Shown piece by piece: positions 27,249 to 39,860 of a stretch of 64,000 bases of DNA. The stretch is taken from positions 311,213 through 375,212 of the forward strand of contig NMRA01000358.1 in the NCBI GenBank assembly GCA_002633005.1, read 5' to 3'. The translations under genes were made by a program, and so were the position numbers. The notes beneath the pieces are model-generated. The model was not told the DNA's origin and searched no databases. It saw only the letters and a list, made by a program, of their open reading frames with translations. Every line of letters starts with the position of its first letter. The stretch's first letter is position 1. The DNA comes from Phoronis australis. Taxonomy: Eukaryota > Animalia > Phoronida.

Positions 27249-27379
27249 TTACGGTGTTTTCGGCAGTTTATGGCACATGCAGAATCTCCGCTTTGATTTT
27301 CGGTTATGGTACACTTAAAGCAGAAAGCAAAAATTGGGGTCCTCAGACAAGTCTCCGTCACGGTGGTGCCCAAATCGCA

Positions 27380-27760
27380 ACAGGTAATTAAGGTGGCACT
27401 GAACAGTTATACTGCGGCCGCGGCCAATTTGCACTGCCAAAATACTAAAATCTAAGGGTAGGCCAGGCTTCGGGGCATTTTTAGTTAGGTATTGTATGTA
27501 GGCCAAGTGAAGTTGGTTTGTTTGTATTTGTGAACATGCTGAGAATTAAAAAAGGCCACTTTCTTGCTGTAGTTGCACTCTTTTTCAAGATGGTGGCCCC
27601 CTGTTGCAGTTGTGCATTGCTGTGTAGCAACTGAGAAATTGGCCGCGATTTCAGGTAGCCCTCAACCAAGCCAGATTTGCAAAAAAAAAACTTGTTGGTT
27701 GACAGTACTTTTGGACCACATTTTTGGAATCGGTAGGAAACTTGCTTTCGGAATCTAATG
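27380..27760. repeat. Old dispersed repeat, copy 1 (inverted homolog at ~49900-50240)
   Basis: Reverse complement GGCTACCTGAAATCGCGGCCAATTTCTCAGTTGCTACACAGCAATGC matches GGCTACCTGAAATTGCAGCTGATTTCCCAGTCGCTACTCAGCAATGC at ~49960; colinear similarity continues; boundaries approximate. Confidence 0.7.
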
Positions 27761-29373
27761 TTCGCTTTAGTCGAGCATCGGCAGGAAAGTGGTGGTTTTG
27801 GGGTGAAAAGTGCCGATTTTGCATTTTTGTCCGTATTTTTCTTAGTTTAGCTTGGTTTCCACTGGGAGTGAAAGGGTCAAAAACACAAGAGAGAACAAAG
27901 TTTCTGTGCTCATCTGTAGGGCTTGTGATGTGAAATGACTCAAAACTTTTCTTTATTTGCATGCAGTTTTTGACAGAGTGAAGAAAGGGTGAAGAGTCCA
28001 TTGACGTGTGTTCTGATAAGCAAATCCCTGTGAGAACTGTTGAATGCCTCCTAAGACACGAAATGGCAAGTTGATGCTCCTATTAACCATCGGCCTATTC
28101 CTTTCTTATGCCTACTTTGCAACTCCTGACACATTTACCCAATTTGAAAACAATGCAAGTCAACAGATCCTGACAGTGTTTCGCATGTCTAACTCCTTAG
28201 TAACTCTCGTATTTACAACTTTCATTGATTAAAATATGACCCACGTTTACTGCAACAAATTATCGTATTGCTTTTGCACCCGTTAGTCATCATAGAAATT
28301 TGAATGTCATGTGACCATGCGGGATAAATGAAATGAAAGCGGCCGCAAAGCAACTCTGCAGCTGTGACTAGATCCGCTAAGATTCACACAATTTCTCGGC
28401 CACATTGAAATAAAAAAGAAAAATGTGCTTTATATTAAAGCGAAAGAGAGCGACAGTTGTCCCCCTTATCCCTTACCGTGCGGGGGAGGAGGGGGGGATC
28501 CCTGAAGAAAAGGTACAGCTTCGCATTCACTATGAATTGTCTTCTAAACCAATTTGCTCTGAAAATTCTGCGCATAACAAGCAAAGTTTTCCGCAGTAGA
28601 TTTCACGTAAGCGCAGTCGAAACATACCGCATTAAATAAACCTTAACAAAATGTCCTAAACCAAGACCCACACAGGTTAAACCAGCACTGCCACACAACT
28701 AGAGGTACACCCGTCTTCAGTGACCCAGTTCTCACACTATACCTGCAGTTTCAACGTCTCATTTCAAGGTTATGAGTTAAAGGTATTCAACACGCATGCG
28801 TAATTAGTCAAGTATCTACAAAACTGTCATTGATTGGGTCACGTGTCCATGTTTTTAGTGACGATATAAAGACCAGAGATAATATAAACATCCGTTGTAA
28901 CATGTCAAAACCTGTCATATTACTTAAAACCCTTTTGCACATTAGTATTTTTTTCATAAAACTCTACAAAGTAGCACCATATGGTAACAACTCAAGAAAC
29001 ATTTTGAAAACATCTCCTTAAAGCAGAATGGAGTACCTGAGGTATGATGTTGCAAAGCAATGATAAGTACTCATTACCTTAAGATAGTAGAAAATTATAA
29101 TTTTCGCGGTGTCTTTCCTGTATTTTACATGCATTGACCCTCATCGATCCTATTATATATTTGGGGTTATTCTGCGATAGTTTGATCGTCGTCAGTTTGA
29201 AAGTTGTTGTCGTTGCTTTCATTGGTACGGTTACAGCCATACATTTGCGACCATGTTTAGTTTAGATGTCGGCCATTGGGTCCCAGATTCTTGAGCTACT
29301 TTTTCGCATTTCTACTTAATATCAATTTTCACAGGTTCTGTTTTGCTCAATCCATTTATTCCTGTGATGACCT

Positions 29374-32300
29374 TTACGTTTCTTTAACTCCTTCGTCTAC
29401 GACAGTACCAATCTTCCCCATCTCAATTTGTCCTTTGTTCATTTCGTGGTTTTCTTGGTAACCTGTATTACACTTTTCTTCCGGTTGTTTGCGCATATTC
29501 TCTATTTCCGATACTTCACGATTCGCGCAAATTGTAGTATCCTCGTCTTGACCTATTTCCGCGAGCGGCACATTCACATCCTTCACTTCACTCCCTATCA
29601 AAGTCTCCTTTACAAATTCTTTCTTGTATTTTTCATGAGCTTCCGCGTGTTCCTTCTCCATTTGCTTGACCTCGTCATCAGACATCACCTGAAACAAAAT
29701 CTAACGAATGAGGACCACAAAAGGATTTTCCATTGCCATTTAGCGCAACTAAGATTTTGACATTTATTTCTATTGCTTGCCATTAACTTACGACTCCTAC
29801 GTGTTGAAAGCACGTTTGATGACGTTTAAAACAGTCAAAATACTGTACACTAACTTCTCACTCAGATTGTAAAGTTTTTGACATCTTTGACAGGGCAAGA
29901 GATCCTTTTTAAATCTTCTAATAAACCTCATCAATTAAATCATGAAGAAAACAGATAAATATTTACATGGTAAACAATGATTCCTTGGAACGACTTTTCT
30001 CTTGCGTCTGTTTTTTTGCTGACCATACAGTGAAGGCTTTGTCCTCCAACTCCCGTGTTGACGTCACAACACCACACGCCATCCTTTAATTTTCCGTGAT
30101 ACCAAACATCTCCGCCCTCTCCCCTAACGACGGCGAATTCGTTGACGTCAGGTACTTTCACTTTAAATGTGATTTGCTGATTTGGTTTGAGATGCGCAGT
30201 CATTGGTGATAACAAGCAGCAGTTCACCCCCCATGGTGCCGTTGTCTCAGGATATTCCATTATTGCAGGCTTGTAATACCGACTGGTTATGAGGTAATCG
30301 AGCAGTGGCGGAAGACTGGCTTCCTGGGTACATGGAGGCCGTCCATAGATTTTGAGCAGATAGATACCAGGTTTTGGAAACGAAACCAAAAATGTTACCG
30401 TTTCCGTTGTTTGCTGTTTAAACCAGTATTTGTCACACGGTACACACTGCCTAAGTTCTTGGACGAACAGTTGTGCATGGACGTCTATTAACTGTGGTGT
30501 CCCAAGAACTATTTCCACTTCACCACTAGATGGTACTGATATGCAACTAGACTTGTGACTCTGTCTGACGATTCCAAGCGTCTGGCATTGCCCTGCATCC
30601 CCGACGTAACCATTTGCTATGACAGGAAACGGGATTTTATCGGGCGACCCTTCTATGCTACGGACTAAGTAGTCGCACACTCGAATGAGCTTACTTTTGG
30701 TGCCTGGTTTACCGGCAAATATTCCAAGCATGTAGTCACCTTTAGCTGGTGGTTTTATATTAAATATCACTTCACCGTCATCTGAACGTTGTATTATGTA
30801 ATTTTTAAGCATGTTGGCATCCATAGTATCATGCGTGAGCACACCTTTTACCACAATGTCGTCGGTTAGTTTAAAACAGACTTCAGTCGACCCATCATCG
30901 GACACCTCAACCATTCCCCCATGATGAGTTACTGGTATCAAACCCATGTTCTCAAGATCAGTGCCAGGCCCCCATTCTCCTCGGCTGCTATGTGGAAGTA
31001 CGCGAGCATCGCTCTTTGCTTTGTTGCAGACTATCTTGTACGAGCAGAGTTCAGGGAGTGCCGTTGACGGAGTCACGGGTTCATATATAACCTCCTTTCC
31101 AAATAGATCCAGTCTGTAAATTCCACAACGAGGGAAAGTAATTCTCACACGCAGAATGCCACCATGGTTTTCCAAAAAGACAAAATGCCGAAGTTCCTCA
31201 TTAATTGCGCTGTCTGCTTCTTGCCCAACACGTTTTTCCTCCAAGAGAATGTACGTAAATCTACATTTCTTTTCAGCTGGTACCTTTAATTGTATGTCCA
31301 CCTCACCATCCTTAGCTTCAATTACGCACGAGTGATGAGTGATAGTGCTCATACCGAGCACAAGAAATTCCCTTTTTAGATTGGCCATCAAATTGAACTC
31401 ATCAACTGTCACTTGACGAGCGAGCAGCTGCCACTGGGGATCGAATGGTAAATGATCGACAATGAATACGAACGGATCAGTTAGGAAGTACAGCTCGTTA
31501 AAAACGTACTTGTGTGCATTTAACGATACTCTATTAGAAGAGGGTCCTCGACCGCTTCCCGCTACCAACTTCCAGTCACGTTCGTGTTTTTCAGACACGT
31601 GGCGGGATGCCCACTGGGGGTCTATGAGACGCCAGCAGCCATTGAGCAGGACGGCAACCCAGGAGCTGCGATGGGTGTTGCTGGCATTGTTTACGTGATT
31701 GATGTAATCTCCTGGTTCGTACGTAACCCCTTTCACACTACCGCTAACTCTTACGGAATGTATTCCCATGTGTCTGAAAACAATTAAGCCCAGTTATGTC
31801 ATTGAAACTGAATCACATGTTAGATGTGTACATAATGTTTTGGTAGGACTCTGAGTGTTTGTTCACTGTATTTTGAATAGCAGGCACATTCAAAGGACTT
31901 TTTTAAAGTTTCATCCAACCCAAAATCACAAACTTCAAACTGGACTGAATTTTCCCATTGAAATATCAAAGAACTGCATTGGGTCAAGTCTAATTAAGAA
32001 CGCGAACTCGCTATAAGGGTTCCATGCCGACTGAAACACAAACCAGAACCATTTACGTGTTCGTCAAACACGGCGTTGCATGAGGCTATATTACGTACAA
32101 CCAAATTTTATTCAAATTTACTATGCTTACTGATTGCTACAGTCTATTCAATAGGGGACAGATAGCAGTGGCGGATCTACGGGGGGGGTTCAGGGGGTTT
32201 AAACCCCCCCTCGGGCCAGGACCCAAAAATTAAAAAAAAACGTCTCCAGCAAAACAAAAAACGACACCGCCAGCGTATGTAAACCCCAAGTAAACCAACT

Positions 32301-35300
32301 TGGAAAAAAATGATGGGGGGGGGTTCACTCTGAAAATATATTTTTTTGCATTGTGAATTGCTGCTATGAAAATCAACGCATTTCTAGTCTTCGTGGCTCA
32401 TCGGCAAAAACCCGGAGATCAGTTGTGCGCGCGCTTCCGTCGACACTTCTGAAGTAGCCAAGCATTTTAGATGGATCCACCGCTGAAAGAGCAGCTCTAT
32501 AGCTGATTTCTTTAGGTAACTAGTTTCTTTACTCTAAGATATGTTTTGATTTGATTAGGGGAAATACTGTGGTGCTGCAACCTTGATATTCAGGCCAATT
32601 GACGTGCAACGTTTTTACCTCACGTGCCGTGTCATCCTATTACACCCCACATGTTTGTAACTCGAATTTGACTGGTGTATAGTAAAGTTGTCTTGCGCAA
32701 TATCATAGAGTGTACATGTACATGTAATACTTTTGAAAAAAAACTCGTTTTCCGAAGAATTGCTATTGTGGTGGGCACCGTCTTTCTATCTGCAATAAGC
32801 ACCACTGCCGTTTTCTATACTGGGAATTTCCACAGAAAGGCCCACCCGACGAAACGCCCATGCCCATGGGCATTTATTTGATGTTAGTACTTCGGGTTTC
32901 AAGCGTTCAGACATTGGGACGTTTATTTCGAAAATTGCAAGAGATGCAAATGGGTCCTAGGATACATCGTCAAGGTTTGACGTAGTCCATGATGAACGGA
33001 TCAAATTTAGTTGCGCATGCTGTAAGTCTTTTGAATGGAGTTGGTAATCTCAGGGGGCTTAGTGCCAACTGAGCTGCAAACGAGATGCTGACATTATAGA
33101 GCCGTACAAGCTCATTGACACAGCAGTTGACGAAGTGCAAGTGTTGGGAACAAACGTCGAAGATGTCTGGGTAGAATGGTTCCAAGAGGAGCAAACCATT
33201 GGATCCGATGTACAGATTCCTCGGCAGTCTAGACTACAGAAAGATAGGACCAACGTTCCTGGAGAAACACCTAGGTAATAAGTTATAATTCTACAAGTTT
33301 GTAATAATGTCGGTTTTTTATGCTTGTGTACAATGAAAACGAAACAGAAACTATTTTTGGACATGCCAAATTTACCCAGTACAGCAGAGGGTCTACTTGC
33401 GCACAGAAACTGATTCTGGTTTGTATTTCCACTTGAGCCTATCTGCTTCATATCCAAAATCTATTTCACGTAGTGAGTAGTTTTAATCTGTACTCAATAC
33501 TTGTTTCTTCCAGTGAGTACTACAGAACGGTGCGAAAACTCTTCCTAGACAACCTCTCTCAGCAGTTGACCACCAGATGTGTAAACTACACGTATGAGCA
33601 ACCACTGGGGATTAAAAAGTGTCTAGAGAGAAGTTTTCAATTCCGATTTTTTGCAAAGTACGCTTTAGGCCTCGCGACGTACCAGGCCAGCTTGATTTGT
33701 GTAGCTATTGAGTTTCAGTGTACTATCTGGTCCCTCGGCGAACTAGTCTTGTGATGTTTTTTACCAAAGTGTGCTTTGTAAAACTACTTATCTCAGCCAG
33801 TACTGTTTGGTCCCGCGACAGATAGGCAACTATTTTTATAGGGATAATAAGCACAGGTGTACTTTTGGTCTCGTGACGGACCAGGCCAGAGTTTTTGTGT
33901 ACTCTCAGTGTACATCTGGTCCCTCTGCGAACTGGTCCTGTATATCTTTTCACCACGATGTACAGAATGTTTTGGTTTCGTGAAACTGTTCAGATGATTT
34001 GTTTCATGATACATTTGACGTTTTTCAATTGTTGTCAACGTGATTCAGCTTAATAAAGTGATACTTAATTATTTATTGTCGCTTTTAATAATAAACTATG
34101 AGCTGAGAGCCCCATCGTTCGCCAGTTTTTCTCGTAACGAGACAGAACACATGCTTATTTCAGGACTAACAGTACAGGTCTTCGTTCTTAAACACACTGA
34201 GGCTGTTGCGATCATCTGATATTCAAGTTGTTAGCCCCGTCGGTGCTCCTTATGCTCTTGAATATTTGGTAGTTGTGTAAGCAGATGTTCCAACAAAAAT
34301 TTTTGCTGGTGGTGTAACTCATACCCAGATGTGCACAAATATGGTTTCACGAAACTTATGAGCCAAGTTCATGTGACGAAATCGAGAAGGATTTTTAATT
34401 ATCTTAAGAAAAACTCCAGGGACATGTTAAATGCCAGAAACGTACCAGGATGCATGGAAATTTCACTGTTTGGCTACAAAAACAAAAAGTTTGTTTTACA
34501 CGGGAGGGGGGTTTACCCCCCGCTCTGTGCCACGCGCCTCGGATTCGACCTTTGCGGGAATCCTAAACCCCACCTTACTGAAAACGTAGATCCGCCACTG
34601 GATAGTGTTTACTGTGTGATGTCTCTATAAACGCCAGCATATTCTTATCTATGACAATGCCTCACTTGCAGAGTTCGATAAACAATCCAGGATAATCGCC
34701 TTTGTCTGACTGTATGTCTCGAATGTACATGGCTGGCGTATTGGCATCCACTACATATAATCTGTAGTCCGTGTTGGTGACACTTTGCGCAGTAATCCAG
34801 CGGAATATGGCGCGTACTTTGCCCAGCTCGGTTGGTGTTACCTCCATCAAATATTTAGTGAGGTCATCGAATGAGCTACACGCCAAGTCGGAAGAAGCCT
34901 AAAGAAGCACATCAAGCTAAAAGTAACTCTACAGGGGAGATGTAGGATTTTTAGTTGGGAGACAGGGTAGAGTATTAACGTTAACCAGGTTGTTACCGAC
35001 AAATGGAATCTGAGAGAGTTTTAGGGGGGCATGGCCCCCTGTGAATCAGCCACTGGAAATGATATTTGATAAAAAATGACAATTACATTGTGCATAGTTT
35101 TTATGTTCATTTTACTGTTATATTTATGAACACATTTCCATTGATCAAATCCGTAATTAATTCTTGAAATTTAAACCTTAGCTGCATAGTCATCGATAGT
35201 GGTGTAGTCTTCAGATCTAAATACGTCTATCTTGGCGGTTGGTGTCGGGTACGGAGGCGGAATACAATCCTTCTCAATGAACGGTGCATTAGCTCTCTCG

Positions 35301-37202
35301 GCGTACTCTGTCTGTAATGCAGCTAACGACGAAGGTGTTGGAACCGTAAGGATGGACGCATTGTTCAGGATGGAAGCATTGTTGTTTTGCTCTAAATTTG
35401 CCTAAATACCGACAGATTACATCAGTTTGCGTTTGTAGTAGTTAGTGTTGGGTGCACTGAATTGCTCTCAATAAAAACTGTCATACAGTGCCGGGTGATA
35501 TGTGCTCAGCTTATTGATGACGTTGCACAGTTTTCAAAGTAAATGCGCCTAAATAGTCCCAACTGATTCGCGCTGTCTACTTCCCAAGATCAAAATGGTT
35601 TTCGGATTATACACGATGAAGATTTTTAAACGTCTTTGCTGGTAATTATTTTAGCGTCAAAGGTCAATCGAATCTCTCACAGGAAAATGTTCACGAAGGT
35701 TACAGAGAAAATTGTATTTAGAGTTCACTGGGGACGTCTGAGTCCCATGCACCCAATGTGCACATTTTAACGCACACTTTTGAAAATAACATAGTATTTG
35801 TGCTTAAATATTTCAATCTAAACAAGGAAGGCGAAATTCTGTCCGGTGGTGTCTATTTGCAGTGCTGTATTATCAATTGAAGTAAATGAGCTGGGGCCCC
35901 ACGCAAAAGGGAGTCTCATCAGCTCATTGAACTATTCAAAAGCTGTGTCGACGGGGATCCATTTAACTAAAATAACTGCAGTTTATGACCTTGGACGAAA
36001 TAGGAGGTTGTCTCGTTGTCACAGGGGCCCCTCGAAAGTCGGGTCGATCGGGCAGGAACAGATGAATATTGTGGACCAGGACAAGGAAAAATTTGATCGG
36101 TTTCACATTGTCACAAGAATCCTCGAACATTATNNNNNNNNNNNNNNNNNNNNNNNNNNNNNNNNNNNNNNNNNNNNNNNNNNNNNNNNNNNNNNNNNNN
36201 NNNNNNNNNNNNNNGTGGGGGCAGTTGTGGTGAAAAGAGAGAAATCAGTGCTAATGACGAAGGCTCACCGATTTTGCACAGCTTGGAGGTCTCGGGAAAT
36301 CTTAATACGACACTGCCCGTTTCGTCCACTACCAGTACAGGGAAGCCATCTATCTTGCAAGTATGGCTAAAACAATTGAATACTTATCTTTTATCGTTAG
36401 AGTGGTATAACGCAAACATGTAAACCCCTTTTGTGACGAAACAGGTTGTGCAAGAGATATCATTGTTTGTTTTTTGAGAACATTTTGAAAAGTTATTAAA
36501 ACTGGCATGTCTGCAACCCCTTGTAGCTGGAAGGACGATGTTGTTCTCATGCTTGATAAGGCAATAAAGAACCAGATGTCAGAGATGGGATCCAGATTCA
36601 TAATCGAAGCTGGATGCGACACCACGTCTCATAGTAGTGTCACAACGTCACCTGAGATCAATGCGGTAGCTTTCATTGATTTGTATACGTTTACATATAT
36701 CACGGAGATGAGTCAGAAAAGTGTAATTAATCGTTTTGTTTGAAGCCCTGTTAACTTAAGTGTGTCTAAGAAACAGGAACCTGTATTGACTGCATTGATT
36801 TATTTGTGTTATTGTTGCGGCACCGTCGCAAACCACAAACACATTTCTCAATAGATGGAGCAGTAGTCTTGTACACTTCACAGCAATGGGAATGTATGAA
36901 TGTTATTCCCTAACCAATCGAGTATTTCGAATGTTACTTCCATCTGTTAATCGGTAGGAATGAGGCGGACATTTGTGTTTGGTGGTCTTACGTAGAAGTT
37001 CACGCAATCAAGTACAGTCAGTATTATGAGGCATTTCATATTCATAAACATTGTATAGACACTTACATACCTGTACGTTCATCGGATCTGATTCCGTTGG
37101 TTCACCGATAGATACCACTTGTGACGTAGGAGCTAAAGTCTCCGGTGCCTCTGCAGTTGCTGTTGTAATTTCTGGTGCCTGTTTCGAAGAACCGCATCCC
37201 AT
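29374..37202 (-). CDS. Hillarin / kyphoscoliosis peptidase (KY)-like protein: transglutaminase-like domain plus repeated C-terminal beta-sandwich modules, ~900 aa
   Basis: Five in-frame exons: 37202-37071 (MGCGSSKQ), 35401-35177, 34898-34666 (ELGKVRAIFRWIT...YPGLFIELCK), 31773-29967 (SGSVKGVTYEPG, SSWVAVLLNGCWRLIDPQW, NELYFLTDP..HLPFDPQWQLLAR, FPRCGIYRLDLFG, FPKPGIYLLKIYG), 29688-29374 (acidic tail). An acceptor at 37215-37216 implies an upstream non-coding exon. Confidence 0.9.
32166..34600 (+). mobile_element. Defective hAT DNA transposon (2435 bp) with 5-bp TSD, inside KY-like intron 3
   Basis: Perfect 16-bp TIR CAGTGGCGGATCTACG; GATAG on both sides (32161-32165, 34601-34605); internal transposase remnant. 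Confidence 0.9.
33075..33580 (+). pseudogene. hAT transposase remnant (PRKRIR/THAP12/ZMYM1-like C-terminal half) split by an intron
   Basis: KRDADIIEPYKLIDTAVDEV...VWVEWFQEE...IPRQSRLQKDRTNVPGETP|SEYYRTVRKLFLDNLSQQLTTR resembles the PR..RQ.HR.NVP..TPEEYYR.....PFLD.L..EL..RF segment of this family; intron 33275-33513 restores frame. Confidence 0.8.
34932..35055. mobile_element. Degenerate ~125-bp hAT-type MITE related to 42863-42996
   Basis: CAGGGG.GAT.TAGGATTTT..GTT ... ATCAGCCACTG; no clear TSD. Confidence 0.55.
36134..36213. other. Assembly gap (80 N) in KY-like intron 1
   Basis: Run of n. Confidence 1.
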
Positions 37203-38701
37203 GGTTGTGAACAGCTATACAGAATAAAGAGCCTACAAAATATTGATATGTTCCAATTATTTCGGCGTGTTCTGCACGTCGCTACTGCATCGAATCAAGA
37301 GAGCAAGCTAATGTCATGGGCTGAGGAAGAACAGATTGCAGTGGAGACGCACAGACAAATGCTCATGTTTTCTTTGCTTGTGAGGTATGCAAGGAACAGA
37401 GGGTACAGCTTTTCCAGACACTCGAAAAATACCCCAATATTTATAAAAAATATTCTGAAATTCCGCAAGTTTACAGCAAAATTAATTTTTTTCTATATGG
37501 AAGTCAAGAACTCAACCCAAATGAAAATAAGGTTTTATTCGAAATAGTATAAAAATTTCTTTATAATATTAAATCTCTTTGTGTGGGTGGATAGAATTGT
37601 ATAAATGTGTAATTAATGAAAATGATTTATTTACTTTCGTAATCATATGTCATTGTAATCTTAAAAACATTTTTTTTTAATTTATGTATCTGTGTAAAAT
37701 AATTGTATACAGATTTCTTTTTATGTATTTGTGTAAAATAATTGTATATAGATTTCTTTGTACTTTTTAACCCAGATATAATGACTCTTGGCGCTTTCTG
37801 GGTTATGTATATTCATTGTATCGAAGATTTCGTAATAAACATTATATATATATATAAAAACAGACTGCAATTGGTATTTCGCGGCCCGACAGCTATTATG
37901 GTATTTCAGTGAAATACACTTGCACTTTCACCGCATCATTGCAGTGCTACGTAAGACTGACGTGCCTGCGATAGTGAGGACAGTGGATAAACCAACAGGG
38001 TAAAGCTACATACGAGTATAAATGTTTACATGGCCCAAGTCTACGCAAGCATGATAACAACTTCCATTTCTTCATATTTCATGTGCTCTGTTCTAGCAAC
38101 CCGCCCTGCAGGCACACAGACTCAGGTATACACAATGATCTTGTGACAAAGTTTTCAACCGAACAATAGTTCCGGGTGTCTGGATATCAACAACAGTCAA
38201 CTTATCCACCTTCGTAAGCCCTAAAGGGAGCTAGACAATACCATTGCAATTCGGTGAAGTTTAATCAAGATGACATTGTCACAATTGACAGTAATATGAT
38301 TTATCTAGACGATTTTTTCAAACTTCTTGGAATTTAATCAGTATCGCTCAAGCGCAAATGTGTAAAAACACCCAAACCATTACCAAGAAATCGCTCAAAA
38401 GCAAAGAAATTCCGACACGCCACTTCAGATCGTGATTAAAAATGATAAAGATTACGGTTTCTACCTGAAGTCACTAATGCACCTGTACGGTGCTTTTGTC
38501 GCAGTAGAGGTGATACAAACTCCAGGCCATTATTGTTACAACTATATCACTTCCTATAGCACGGTGCGGTTACTATTTATTGCCATTTTCTCGTTCTGAA
38601 GAAATAGAATAGTACAAGACTTAGGTTCACAACATAAGCACTGCAGAAAAAAAGCTTGTTACAATGACGTTTAATGACCCAGTTTCATTTTCAAGCTCAC
38701 G

Positions 38702-39860
38702 ATGCACACTGGGACAACTTTATAACCTATAGTATACATGTAATGTACACTGCGACAACTGTATCACCTATAGTATACATATAATGTACACTGCGACAAC
38801 TGTATCACCTATAGTATACGTAAAATGTACACTGAGACAACTGTATCACCTATAGGATACATAAAATGCACACTGGGAAACTTTATCACCTGTAGTATAC
38901 GTAATGTTCACATCGAGACAACTGTATCACCTATAGTATACATGTAATGTACACTGAGATAACTGTATCACCTACAGTATACATGTAATGCACACTGCGT
39001 CAACTTTATCACCTATAGTACATATAATGCACACTAAGACAACTGTATCACGAATAGTATAGATATGATGCACACTGCGACAACTGTATCAGCTATAGTA
39101 CACATATAATGCACACTTGCGGAGACAACTGTATCACCTATAGTATACATATAATGCACACTGCGACAACTATCACCTATAGTATACATATAATGCACAC
39201 TGCGACAACTGTATCACCTATAGTATACACATAATGTACACTGAGACAACTGTATCACCTATAGTATACATATAATGCACACTGAGAAAACTGTATCACC
39301 TATAGTATACATATAATGTACACTGAGACAACTGTATCACTTATAGTATACATGCAATGCACACTGGGACAACTTCATCACTTTTAGTATACATGTGATG
39401 CACACTGAGACAACTTTATCACCTATAGTATACGTGCGGTGCACACTGGGAAACTTTATCACTATAGAAAACATGCGATGCACACTGCGACAACTTTATC
39501 ACCTATAGTATACATACGATGCACACTGAGACAACTTTATCACCTATAGTACACATACCGTGCACACTGAGACAACTTTATCAGTACCTATAGTATACAT
39601 GCGATGCACACTGGGACAAATTAACTGACTTGATCACTTTTAGTATACATAGGCCTACGATGCACACTAAGACAACTTTATCACTTGTATACATGCGATG
39701 CACACTGAGACAACTTTGTCACCTATAGTATACATACGATGCACACTGAGACAACTTTATCGCATAAAGTATACACACGATGCGCACTGGGAGAACTTCA
39801 TTATCACATATAGTACACATACCATGCACTGGGACAACTTTATCGCCTATATTATACTCA
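38702..39860. repeat. 41-bp minisatellite (ATGCACACTGAGACAACTGTATCACCTATAGTATACATATA)n, ~28 copies
   Basis: Head-to-tail tandem units without unique spacers. Confidence 0.95.

Noticed and set aside
21764-29300. Numerous 60-110 aa ORFs in the track
   Set aside because: No recognisable domains or consistent splice-phase chain; compatible with chance ORFs in intergenic or repeat DNA.
35245-35265. Functional link between the KY-like PPPY motif and neighbouring WBP2
   Set aside because: Both are WW-domain ligands rather than partners, and adjacency in a eukaryotic genome is not evidence.
38702-39860. CRISPR-like periodicity
   Set aside because: Units are contiguous with no unique spacers, there are no cas genes and the context is eukaryotic; it is a minisatellite.
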